From positions 5,518,001 to 5,582,000 of the forward strand of contig JBHGNT010000022.1 of the NCBI GenBank assembly GCA_043228905.1: a DNA stretch of 64,000 bases. Direction: 5' to 3'. This DNA is from Azolla caroliniana (Eukaryota > Plantae > Polypodiophyta). The position numbers and the translations under genes are program-made. Positions 11,501-23,330 of this stretch are shown in pieces. Below the pieces are notes generated by a model. It was not told the origin of the DNA, did no database searches, and saw only the letters and a list, made by a program, of their open reading frames with translations. The first letter of the stretch is position 1. Each line of letters starts with the position of its first letter.

Positions 11501-13911
11501 CTCGAGCCGGATTCCCTTCGAGCGACAGTACTCCGCGAACTGCCCCCGGTATTCCCCTCCGTTATCCGCTCGTATCGCTTTCAGCTTCTTGCCGGATTCC
11601 CTTTCCACTCTCGCGTGGAGTTCTTTGAAGACGCACAACACTTGGTCCTTTGTCTTCAACGGTGCCGTCCACAGCTTCCGGCTGTGATCATCAATGAATG
11701 TTACGAAGTACTGGGCTCCGCCATGTGACTTCGTTTCTACCTGACACACATCAGTGTGCACCAACTCCAATGGTGCGCTACGTCTCGTCGGTGGCCTTGA
11801 GTGGAAGGAGGTTCGGTTCTGCTTACCGGCCAGGCAATCGGTGCACTTCTCCAGGTGCACATGCTTCACTGGAATAAGGTTGTCTTCTGCAAGCCTCTTC
11901 ATCCCCTTCTCACTCATGTGGCACAGTCTCTTGTGCCACAGCTCACCGGCAGTGTCAGCTGCCACGTTCAGCTCCTCCGGACATAGCCGGGAATTCATCA
12001 GGTACAGTGTGTTGACCTTCCGGGCCCGAGCCACTATCAGGCTCCCTTTGCTGAACTTCATGACACCGTTCCGGATGCTACCCGTGTAGCCTTCATCGTC
12101 TAGCCTCCCGGCCGAAATCAGGTTCAATCGAACCTCCGGAACGTGTCGAACATCCTTCAGCAGCATCTTGCATCCGGTTGATGTCATTAGCCACACGTCT
12201 CCTATGCCGGCAATCCGGCATGTACCTTCATTTCCCATCCGGACACAGCCGTGCTCACCGGCTGTGTAGGATGAGAAGTATTTCTTCTCCGGGGTCAGGT
12301 GGAACGACGCTCCGGAATCGACCACCCAGGTCATCTCTTCACCGGCAAGGTTCAACTCCCTCTCTTCGGTAATGAGCATTATCTCTTCTTCACTTGCCGC
12401 GAGTGCCATCGTTCCTTTCCGGTCCTGCCCTCGCCGATCCGGACCTCTCCGGTCCGTGGCTCCCCGGTATGCACCGTTTCTCTCCTGTGACTTCTTCGAA
12501 TCGGTGTCGTTGGCTTCGTTGTCCTTTCGATAATGCCGACAATTCTTCCGGAAGTGCCCCGGCTTCCCACAGTGGAAGCATGTGGGTCTTCCTCTTGACT
12601 GCGACCGGGTCCCCGACTTCTCCCGTCTTTGCGGACTCCGGTTCCATTGTCTTCCCCGTTCCGATTCGGTAAGCAGCGCCTTCGAGTCGGAGGCCGGTTC
12701 TTTATCTCTCCGACGCGCTTCTTCGTTCAAAATACTTGTCTTTACCGTTTGTAGGGACAAGTTATCTTCCGTGCAGGAGGTGCTGAGAGTCACCACCAAG
12801 TTCTCCCAGCTTTTCGGCAATGTACACATCAGAATGATGGCTTGCATTGCATCCTCCAGCGGGAACTTGATCGCCGCAAGCTGGTTCACGAATCCCATGA
12901 ACGTGCTTACGTGTTCCACCATACTCTCGCCGTCCCGGTACTTGAGGTTCACTATCTTCCTCGTCAGGGAGGTCCGGTTCAACGCATTCTTCCTCTCGTA
13001 GAGGCCCGACAGCTTCCGCCACATCTCATATGCGTTGATGTCGTTCGCCACATGTTGTAGAACGCTCACGTCGACGTATTGCCGAATGGTTGCAACGGCT
13101 TTCCGGTTCAGAAGCCTCCATTCTGACTCAAGTACCCCCTTCGGTATTTCCGACCTGTCAATCGGTTCGTACAGGTCCCGAACAATCAGAAGATCCTCCA
13201 TCTTGATCTTCCAGTCGGCGTAATTCTGCGCATTCAGCACCATCATCCCCGGCTGCCCGCTGCCGCCGCCTTCCATTTTCTGCAGCAGCTCGCTCTGATA
13301 CCAAATTGATGGAAATAATCGACACTTTCCAAACTTCACCTCTCGGCCACAACCAAGGAAACACACGAATCGTTGTTGCAGAAAATGGGTAATGCAAAAG
13401 TAAATAAGTGGACACACGATTTAACGTGGAAAACCCTGTACGGGAAAAAACCACGGGAGTACAAGACTCCGAACCAAAACTATGCACAGAGAAATATACA
13501 ATGGCGAGCTGCAAGGCGACGACCTTGAGCTCGCTGTCCTCGCCACAGGCGGCGGAATTACACAGAGGCGTCGACCTCTTCGTCTCTCACGCTCTATCTC
13601 TCTCACGGCTGCTCTCTCTTCACTCCTCTTGAGTGGAAAAACAGAAAAATGAGTAGCAACATCAAAACTGTTTGCCCTAAGTCATATTTATACACATATG
13701 ACTTTAGGGCTATTTACAACTATAGCCTCAAGGGCCCTTGGCAAACATATTCACAGATATGTCCCCGCATCCGGATCTCTCTCCGGGTACATTCGTCGTC
13801 CGGCTCCGAAGTCGGGGTCTTCATCATCCGGTTCCGAAACCGCAACCGGGCTTGTCGTCATTCATCTCCGGACATCCGACCATCCCATCCGGAGGCACCG
13901 TAATCCCAACA
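8589..13911 (-). mobile_element. Copia C: young full-length Ty1/copia element (5323 bp)
   Basis: 605-bp LTRs at 8589-9193 and 13307-13911 with about 4 differences seen; TSD AAACC; PBS TGGTATCAGAGC at 13292-13303; PPT. Confidence 0.96.
9204..13276 (-). pseudogene. Copia C gag-PR-IN-RT-RH, with one frameshift near 10590 and stops at 9582 and 9357
   Basis: Zinc knuckle, DSGAS, HTDV..DNGGEY..AER, YVDD, STTEAEY. Confidence 0.95.
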
Positions 13912-13916
13912 AAACC

Positions 13917-15487
13917 GGATTCATTCCGAAGACTACTTCACGTCAGAACACATATGCCGAGTGAACGTGATCCGAGAATTCCGGGAAGAAGAATACGAGG
14001 GGGAAACCTTGATGATCGGGAAGATGCTACAAGAGGTCGAGGATTCAACCAATGATAAAGAAAGGAGAGCCGAGATCCGAAGGAAGAAGAGGCAAGTCCA
14101 AAAGTTATTCTTGGAAAACGGTTTAATATGGAGGACGCCGAAAAGACCGGATGGGATACCACTTCGAGTAGTCGGGACGAAAGAGCAACGAAACCGGATA
14201 ATGTCCGAGTTCCACGAATCCGATTGGGCTGGACATCGAGGAACATGGGCAACTTTTGTGAAAATCAAGCAAAGATATTGGTGGAAGAACATGTACAAAG
14301 ATGTCGCGGAGTTCACAGAAAGCTGCGAGAAATGTCAAGTCTACTCCGGGGTCCGACACCGAGATGAGCTGCATCCGACATTCTCACCGACAATCAACTT
14401 CAAGTGGATGGTCGACATTGTAGCTATGCCGACCGGGATTGGACAAAAGAAATACTTGGTGTTAGCTCGAGAAGATCTCACAAACCAAGTTGAAGGTCGA
14501 GCGCTTCGGAGGAAAACGTGTGCCGCGGTGTGCCAATTTCTTTTGGAAGAAGTGTTTTGTAGGTACGGCTGCGTAGGACAAGTGATTGCGGACCGGGGAG
14601 AACTCGACTCGGACAAAGCTAGGGGATTCTTCGCCAAACATGGAGTTCGGTTAACGTTGACAACGGCCTACAATCCGGAGGCCAACGGGAAGATCGAACG
14701 AGGACATAGTCCGATCGTGAAAGCACTTGCGAAGGCATGCGACGGAAGGGTGAAGGATTGGCCACAAATGCTTCCGTATGCACTATGGGCGGATCGGACG
14801 ACGCATAGCTCCGTGACCGGTTACATGCCGGCAGAACTCATGACCGGACAAGCACCGGTAATGCCAACGGAAACCGCAATCGCGACATGGACAATACTAC
14901 CGTGGAAGGAAGAGATGAGCCGGGAAGAACTACTAGCGGTCCGGATACGACAACTGGAGGGAAGACCGAAAGATGTAGCGGAAGCGTCACGCCGACAACA
15001 AGAAGCACGGTTCCGGAACAAAAGCCGGTTTGACACAAAGCACTGACTACGACCGAGGAGGATTGAAGAAGGAGATTGGGTGATCGTCTATGATAGTAGC
15101 TTGGACCATCAACATACAACGATGCGGAAATTCGCGAAAAGGTGGTTCGGGCCGTATGAGGTTCGGAAGGTCTTCGACAACGGGACGTACCGACTGTCCG
15201 AGTTGGATGGAACAATACTACGAGTGCCTATAGCCGGGAAGCGGGTGAAGATTTTCAAGAAGCGGACCGACGACAAACCTTATGTGATCCAAGTCGAGGC
15301 CGACAACGAGGAGCAATTGGACGAAGACCACAATGATGCGGGAAGCGAAGAAAGTGGATTACAACTCATAGTCGACATAAGGGGAGAATCGGAGGAAGCT
15401 TCGGATGAAGACGGATACGAAGAATCAAGAACTTCGGCACATACCGGAGGATGTGCGGGTTTGGAGGGGGCGAGTGTCGTAGTGTAG
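13917..15487 (+). CDS. Gypsy B integrase (HHCC, DDE, GPY/F), in frame with gag; one premature TGA at 15044-15046
   Basis: HESDWAGH..CEKC; VDIV..DRGE..ERGH; WFGPY; acidic tail. Confidence 0.9.
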
Positions 15488-16277
15488 GTTGCACACTATG
15501 TGGAAATTATATTTTTGTCCCTCCGGATAGAGAATGGAGTGCTCGGTGAGAACCGGAAGAAAACGGCATACCGGCAAGGAGGAAAACGGCATACCGGCAA
15601 GGAAGAAAACAACATACCGGCAAGGAAGAGTCGGATAAAGAGACATAAATGTAAAAAAAAAAAGGGAAATACTCACTACTGCACAGGGCGTGATTTGAAC
15701 TCTGCACCTCCACGTTGACAAACCCCAACCTTACCATTACATTAACTTATCTTAAGTGTTTTAAATATAGATTTAATACGTATAAGACCTTTATTTATGC
15801 ATACCTTTATTAAAAGGTAAATCGTGTATTTTTTTAATATATGAAAAAGACGAGACACTAAAAATAACTCATGCACATCTAGCGTGCATGAGCCCTATAC
15901 TTAGGAAATAAAAAAAGCATCACATGCACATTTAGTGGACATGAACACTTTTTGTAAAAAAAAGCATGAAGCCATGCTTAGCTCTTCCTTCCTTATATAA
16001 GGAGGAGAGAAATATATAAAGGGTTGTTGATTATTTGGATTAAGTATTAATCAATACAAAAATTATTCGTGGGATTCACGATTTATACATCTACTTCTCT
16101 CTTAACACCCTAAGTACCAATTAATATAGTATACTCGTGTGATTCACGAGTTTCTTATCTTTCTCTTTGCTATTTACTCATAATTAATCTCTATCTCACG
16201 AACTTCTTTCTCCTAGTCCAAGACCTCTGTGGTTCCCACCCGACTCACGCAACGATCCGGAGCCGAAAGGCACGACA
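15475..16277 (+). repeat. Gypsy B 3' LTR (803 bp)
   Basis: Preceded by PPT GGAGGGGGCGAG; carries one extra 23-bp unit compared with the 5' LTR. Confidence 0.95.
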
Positions 16278-16281
16278 ACGT

Positions 16282-18529
16282 AGTTAAGGATAAAGAGAAT
16301 TACCAAAAGCATTTGCATGAGTATAAAAGGCTTATTCAAAGAAAGAGAAGAATATGGGAAGTTACTCAACAATTTATCCAAACGCAAGAGAAAGCACATG
16401 CATGTGCTAAATTTTGGGGAAATCTAAAGGGAAAACGTGTTGAGAGTTATGGTGACTTAACTCTTCACGACTTGTCTATGCATTGTAAGAATTTATATGA
16501 GTTATCTCTTGCCGGAAAGATGATGTGTTATGGTTCTCTTTCACATATGCCTCCCTTCTTTACAATTGAAGATATATGCATAGGACTTAAGAAATTGGCC
16601 TCTCGAAAGGCAAGCGATCTTCAATGTATAAAGGCTGAAATGCTCAAATGGACGGGAAAGGAAGCACATATATGGATAAGCGATATGTTTAATGATGCAT
16701 TGCAACATGGTATGCCGTACGATTGGACTACAAATTGGATCAAACCTTTACATAAAGGTGGAGATATAAATAATGTAAACAACTATCGAACCATCATGGT
16801 TGGCTCATTAATGGCAAAACTATTTGGATGTATAATGGAATCAAAGATAAGTGTATGGGCTGAAAAAAGTGGTAAGAGAGCTTATGGGCAAGCTGGCTTT
16901 CGGAAACACCATAGCACCATTGATCACCTTATCACCCTTCAAGTATTAATGGAGGAAAGTCGCCTTAGAGGTAAAGGTTTATATTGTTGCTTTGTAGACT
17001 TCAAGAAAGCTTTTGATATGGTACCTTGTGAGCATCTTTGGAGGCGAATGGAAGAACTTGAGGTGCCAAGCGAATATATGCTTGCAATTTCCCGAATTTA
17101 TGAGAAGGTTATATGTTATGTGCGCATGAGAGATAAACTTTCAGATTTTTTCAAAAGCACTATTGGTGTTAAGCAAGGATGCCCACTCTCGCCAACACTA
17201 TTTGGTTTATGCATTGATGAATTGGAAGAAATGGTTACCAAGTTTGCAAAGGAAGAATGTGTTGAAGAAGTTGCCATTGGGAATGTTGTGATTATGCTTT
17301 TGCTATATGCAGATGATGTAGTGCTTTTTGCAAATACTTTAGGAGATGCACAAAAGCTTATGAAGGCATTGGAAAATTTTTGCATGCATACTAAATTAAG
17401 TGTCAATAGCTCTAAAACAAAGATTATGCTTGTGAAGAGCCAAAAACGAGATAAACCATGCATTGTGTACAACAATGAGCCACTTGAATGTGTGGAAAGC
17501 TTCAAATATCTTGGCCTTGAAGTTCCTTCAAATCATAGATGGAATGAATGTGCTACACGCCGCTTAGAGGCGGGCAAGCGAGCATACTATGCATTTGAGA
17601 ACACATGCAATCTTGGAGATATTAAGTGTTGGGTCCTCAAGAAATATCTTTTCGACACTTTGGTGACACCGGTTCTTCTCTATGGGATGGAAGTATGGGG
17701 CGGTAGCATCCCTAAATCTATGTGGAAAGAGTTTGAAAATGTCCAAAAGCATTTTCTTACCAAGTTTCTACAAGTTAAGAAACAAACTCCCTACACCCTC
17801 CTCCTCCTTGAGACGGGATCGCTTCCCATTGAGATCATGGCCATGGAAAGGGTTGTTGAATACATTCTTAAGGTTCAAAAACGTCCCTCACATCGACTTC
17901 CTAGAATTGCGTGGGAAACAAGCAAAAAGATCCAAAAGACACATAAAAGCAAAATTTTGTGTTCCGGTTGGATGCAAGATATAGAAAAATGGTTTGGTAG
18001 ATGGGATGCAAGACACTTGCTTCATGATGCATCATTAGATTCCTCTGTAAATGAGGCATTTTTGCAACGCCAATGTATCATGACATGGGACAAATGTGGA
18101 GGCTCACGCTTCACACATTATACTACACATGTTGCACCTAACTACAAAACCATATTCTTTGCGAAACGGGGAAATTGTACACATCCATACATGTTAGAGC
18201 CCATACCGTTATCTTCCATTCGAACCATTGCTTCCATGCGACTTAGCTCACATGCATTGCGATGTGAAACAGGGCGTTGGGGTACAAGTTATGAGAGTGG
18301 TCAGCTATGCACACTTTGCCCTAAACAAGTTCGTGAGTCTGAGTATCACACTTTGATACAATGCTCTGCCTTTGATCATATTCGACCATGCTTTCCACAT
18401 CTCTTCGATCAAGCCCAATCTTTGCATGAATTCCTCTCACAACCACAATGTGCACTCTCGATTGCAACATTCATTGGTAAAGTTCTTGAACATCGAGAGT
18501 CACTACTCACTTTCACACGTATCACGTGA
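16282..18529 (+). CDS. LINE ORF2, 3' part: reverse transcriptase and C-terminal CCHC-type domain
   Basis: NYRTI, QAGFR, FVDFKKAFD, GVKQGCPLSP, YADD, FKYLG, SSHALRCETGRW, CTLC..H..C. Confidence 0.95.
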
Positions 18530-18604
18530 AATGTAATATTTTTGGTCTCATAGGTCATATTTGACCTCCGAAGACGATAATATAATCTATCTATCTATCT
18601 ATCT

Positions 18605-18994
18605 CTATACACAGTTACGCGCTCAAATCTTGCACCAACAAGAATGACAACTACTCAACACAAAGTTTGCCCTAAGTCATATTTATACTAATATTACTTT
18701 TCGGCTATTTACAAATATAGCCCCAATGGACTCTCAGAAGTATATTTACGAATATGTCCCTTCATCCAATGAGCACTTCGCATCGGGCCTTCACCATCCG
18801 GCTCTTGCCAGGTACTCGTCATCCGGTTCTCACCGGGCCTTCCTTGCCGGGTACTCACATCCGGTTCTCACCGGGTCTTCCGTTGTCGGGTACTCATCAT
18901 CCGGTTCTCACCGGGTCTTCCGTTGCCGGGTACTCCACATCCGGTTTCTCACTGTTCTTCTCACTTCCCATCCGGAGGGACCTGTTTCCTAACA
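18605..18994 (-). repeat. Copia A 5' LTR, outer part (4 units of the 40-bp repeat)
   Basis: Matches about 302-732. Confidence 0.9.
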
Positions 18995-20927
18995 ATATGG
19001 GGTTACCTGAGCCGAATCGGAGGCACACGCTTGAGGTGCCTCTTAGGTACCAAAGTATCCACTTGATTGTTGCCCAATGCCCTCTCCCCGGATTACTCAT
19101 GAACGAGCTAATGATTCCGACCTCATATCCAATGCATGGATTGGTACATACCATCCCGTACATCAGGCTTTCGACTTCTGAGGCATAGGGGAACTTGCTC
19201 ATCTCAGTTTTATGCGTCTTCGTCTTTGGATATTGTCTCCCAAATAGCTTGTTGTTTGTCGACAGTGTCGAGCCGACCAACTTCGGGCTTTCCATGTTGA
19301 ACCTTTGGAGCACCTTTGTCACATACTTCTCTTGTGACAGCCACAATAACCTCTTTGTCTGGTTTCGGAAAATGTGCAACCTTAGGATCTGTCTTGCGGA
19401 ACCCATATCCTTCATTGAGAACAACGTGCTCAAGGCCTTCTTCAACACTCCAATCTTCATATCGTCCCGTCCGACAATCAGCATGCAAGAGGAGGAAAAG
19501 CAAGTCTCCTCCGCCGAACTTCTTCAAAAACATGCAATGGTCAGCTTGCATTTTGTGGTACCCTTGGTTTCCCATAAAGGATTTGAACATCCGATACCAT
19601 TGCCAGGGAGCCTGCTTGAATCCGTAAAGGCCCTTCCTGAACTGGCATACAACGTTCTTCTTCCCCTTCTTGATGTTGATGAATCCTTCGTGTTGCTACA
19701 TGTATATCTCCTCTTCAGGATCACAATGCGGAAATGTCGTCTTCACGTCAAGCTATTCGACTTCAAGGTCCATGTTGGCCACTATGCTCAAGACTGTCCA
19801 GATGGATGTCATCTTCACCACTGAGGCAAAAATTTCATCGAAATCTACACCCTTCTTTTGTTGGAAGCCCTTCACCATGATGCAGGCTTTGTAGCTTGCG
19901 GGACTTCCGCCATCTCCCAGTTTCAGCTTATATACCCACTTGTTTTGGAGTGCCCTCTTTCCTTTCGACAACTCCATCAACTCATACATGTGTTTCTTAT
20001 GCAGGGAGTCCATCTTCTCCTGCATGGCCCTTAGCCACTCTCTATTGTGGGTGTCCCTCCTTGCTTCCTCAAAACTTCTTGGCTCCCCCTCGTTTGTTAA
20101 CAAGACATATTCCTTCTTTGGAAATCTTTGGGGGGCCCTTTTCTCTCTCTAAGGGTATCTCCTTCCTCAGTTTTCCTCAGTTGGCTCGTTAGGTCCTTCC
20201 TCTTCTCCTTCAAATAGTTCGCCATCCGATTCGGAGTTAACTACTTTTTCTTCCTCTTCAGATTCGACTGGATGCCTTCTAGTCGATCTGGCTCCGTATC
20301 CAGCTCCATGCTTGCCTTCGACTGATCCAGCTCTCCTTGTTCTTTAGCCAAACATTCAACTTACGACTCTTCTCCTCCATGAAGACGATGTCTTGGCCCT
20401 AGATCACTTTCTTCTCGGCTAAGTCCCATAGCCGGTATCCGAACTCATCATCGCCGTATCCCAAGAATATGCATGACCAAGTCTTTGGGTCTAATTTTCC
20501 CCTCAGGTCCTTCACCACATGCATGTAGGCAAGAAAACCGAACAACCTCAAATGTTGGTACGTCACATCTTTATCGGTCCCCACCCTTTGTGGAATATCT
20601 TTGTGCAAGTATACTGAGGGTGATCTGTTTATCACGTGGACCGCTCTCATCAACGCCTCAGCCCAAAACATCTTATACAAGATTGCATGTGCAAGCATGC
20701 TCCAAACTCTCTCCATGACTATTCGGTTCATTCTCTCGGCCAACCTATTTAGCTCTAGCGTCTTCGGCATGGTGTATTCGAGCCAGATTCCCTTCGACAA
20801 ACATTACTCTTCGAACTCCCCTTAGTATTTGTCTCCATTATCTACTCGAACCGCTTCATTTTCCGGCCGGTCTCTCTCTCAGCTCTCGCTTGGATCTCCT
20901 TGAATGCCGACAACACCTAGTCCTTGG
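18995..20927 (-). pseudogene. Copia D: old degenerate integrase-RT fragment, host of copia A
   Basis: RT and integrase motifs; reading RFGSGNPI continues into bases 1-13. Confidence 0.88.
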
Positions 20928-22045
20928 TGTTGTCTTTGTCGACGAACATGAAGGGTCAGACATCTTAATCACTAAGTCTTCCTAATAAGAAGATTGTGGT
21001 TTGAGATGGAATGTTTGTCGACTATGATAATTTCGTACCTAGAACATCACATAGATATTACTTGCTCAGACCTGATTAATAAGATTATGGCATTCAATTC
21101 TAATAAACTATTAGCTATAAATATAATATGTGTAATAGAGAACAAATCAAAACATTCGGCATAGTAAGTACTCTAACTACCAAAATGATATTAATAAACC
21201 AAAACAGACCGATGTTGATACAATGCTCTCGACCCCTTTTTATAGGTGACCTAAGAGACTTTTCCAAGATAATACAATTGCCCGTTTGGCAAGAACCTAT
21301 AGTTACACTAACTATTCTATTTTCTAAATTAATCTATTTTGTACTTGGCAAAAATACAATATCGACTGTTATCTTTTCATAGTCGTCTGACTTTGACTTT
21401 GACTTTGTCTGACCCTAACTATGTTGGGAAATCGGTCCCTCCAAATGGGATCCTGATGAGAACCGAATGAGCCAAATCAGACGAGTGTGAGGAAGGAACC
21501 AGACCGGATCAATCCAGAAGGTATCCAGAAATTGGATCAGATGGATACGGAAGGTATTCGGCCAGATCCGGTGTGAACAAGAAGTAGGGACATATTAATA
21601 AACATGTTCCGATGTGACTAGTGAGGTCTTACTTGTAAATAGCCCCAAAGTTATATAAGTATAAATATAATTAGGGAAATAGTAACAATAGTTGTAGTCA
21701 TTATTGTGTGTTGTACGAAGCGTGAGAGAGAGAGAGAGAGAAGTCACCGCCTGTTGGTGAAGATACAAAGCTCGAGGTCATTGCCTCTGAGTCCCTCTTT
21801 TGTAGTATTCCTCTCTTCTATAGTGATTCTGTTCGGAGTCTATGAACTCTCGTGGTTTTGCCTCTTGAGGTTTTCCACGTTAACATGTGGTGTCGTCCCT
21901 TTATCTTGTGAAGTACATTTTTACTTTTTGTTCAATCTTCCATTTATATTGTGGAACTCATTTGTAGCCAAGTACAATTCTCATCAGACTGCTCTTGTCG
22001 ACCTTTACACTTTGGCTTACACTTAGGCTAACCGACCTACTAACA
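20928..22045 (-). repeat. Probable gypsy-type LTR, interrupted by a copia solo LTR
   Basis: TGTTG..CTAACA ends; an inverted related copy lies at 22670-23330; flanks CTTGG and CATGG. Confidence 0.45.
21422..21986 (+). repeat. Copia-family solo LTR, degenerate
   Basis: TGTTGGGAAATCGGTCCCTCC start, CATCA end, family core motifs; decayed TSD AACTA/GACTG. Confidence 0.8.
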
Positions 22046-22669
22046 CATGGCATGCATGTGGGATAGTGTCTTGCATGGTTGAATCCCACACTCAATGTTG
22101 GCAGTTCTCTTCATCTTTGTCAAATTCATACTCATCATTGTGTGGGTCATCCTCCTCCATGTCATCCGCACATCCTCATTTAGGATATATCTAGCAGGGT
22201 AGGTTCTTGTTGTTCCTGATCTGGAGTATTGGTCTGAGCTTGCTGACTTTCTTCGTGATGTGACTGCTCCGTGCGTAGACTCAACTCTACCTCTACACTC
22301 TCTGCCTCTGACTTGAGTCCATGGTTCGCCTCACTAATTCATATAGTGTTTCCAAACTCTTCCGTCGGTTCATGTCATACCAACTCCGTTACTGCGTCCT
22401 CGTTGTCCTCCTATTCGCCTTCGTATTGACGACGTTCCCTTTCATAGGCATCAAGCTCTAGCGCAAGTGTTATTTGTTGGTAGTCGTATTCCTCCAACAA
22501 CATTCTGATTTCTGCTTTGTTGTGAGCTCGCATATGTTGGCCGCCAGCTCATCTTATACCATGGTTATGCTTGCTTCATCCATTTTGAAGAATCCTTGGC
22601 CTTGCTTTTTCTTATTTCCATGGTTGGTTCTTAACAATTGCAATTCCACCACTTGTGCCGACACAAGTA

Positions 22670-23330
22670 AAGGTTCTTGCTGAACAGGCAAGTGTATTAT
22701 CTTGGAAAAGTCTCTCGGGTCGCCTATAAAAAGGGGTAGAGAGCATTGTATCAACATCAGTCTGTTTTGGTTTATTAATATGATTTTGGTAGTTAGAGTA
22801 CTTAATGTGTCGCATGTTTTGATTCATTTTCTATTACATATATTATGTATATCGCTAACAATTGATCCAAATTGAATGCCATAATCAAGTATTAATCAGG
22901 TCTGGGTAGGTAATATCTGTTGGGAAAACAGGTCCCTCCAGGTGGGAGGAGCACAAGCCGAATGGAATGGAGTCAATAGGTAAACTCGGTCGAGGCCGAC
23001 AATCGATTTCTGAAAAATCGACAAATCGACAATGGATCAAAAAGCGACTTGATTATTAGCCGAATCGATCAAAGCTAATTCGGGAGACTATATTTGTAAA
23101 TAGTCTAAATATACCCTTAGTGGGCCATATTTGTAAATAGACCTTAATGTTGTATCAGTATATATACACCTAGGGCTATCATTATGGTTAGAGTATTTTT
23201 GGAGTTGATCATTATAGTTGAATAGTTGCTGACAAGGTTGTTGCCTCTGTAACATGTGTAAGAGTCGGCAAACATTCCATCTCCAACCACAATCTTCTTG
23301 TTAGGATGACTTAGTGATTAAAACGTCCAA
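22670..23330 (+). repeat. LTR fragment inverted relative to 20960-21300, split by a copia LTR fragment (22918 to about 23255)
   Basis: Reverse-complement similarity seen by eye; TGTTGGGAAAACAGGTCCCTCC at 22918. Confidence 0.6.

Larger units (their letters stand above)
6852..16277 (+). mobile_element. Gypsy B: Trp-primed non-autonomous Ty3/gypsy element (gag and integrase only), interrupted by copia C
   Basis: Termini TGTCGT..ACGACA; 4-bp TSD ACGT (6848-6851, 16278-16281); removing it restores the LINE frame (MVLDV-VKDK). Confidence 0.93.
4583..18604 (+). mobile_element. LINE (APE endonuclease + RT; possibly RTEX/L2-like), apparently full length, interrupted by gypsy B
   Basis: 5' UTR, ORF1, ORF2 with endonuclease and RT, short 3' UTR and (ATCT)n tail at about 18585-18604; host LTR resumes afterwards. 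Confidence 0.9.
14..18994 (-). mobile_element. Copia A: Ty1/copia LTR retrotransposon with the integrase core deleted; its 5' LTR is split by a LINE
   Basis: TG..CA termini; 5-bp TSD ATATG at 9-13 and 18995-18999; polypurine tract (PPT) next to 733; degenerate iMet PBS about 4239-4251; gag, PR, RT and RNase H motifs in 743-4223. Confidence 0.93.

Noticed and set aside
9204-13276. Apparent paradox that the youngest element has more lesions than the older LINE
   Set aside because: GC-rich methylated sequence gains stops faster and the numbers are too small to be meaningful.
16229-16281. N-terminus MVPTRLTQRSG of the 766-aa ORF, shared with the ORF at 7583
   Set aside because: It is gypsy LTR sequence in frame by chance, not a shared protein leader.
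20923-22050. CTTGG/CATGG as a firm TSD
   Set aside because: One mismatch, and the copia D integrase does not resume on the right side.
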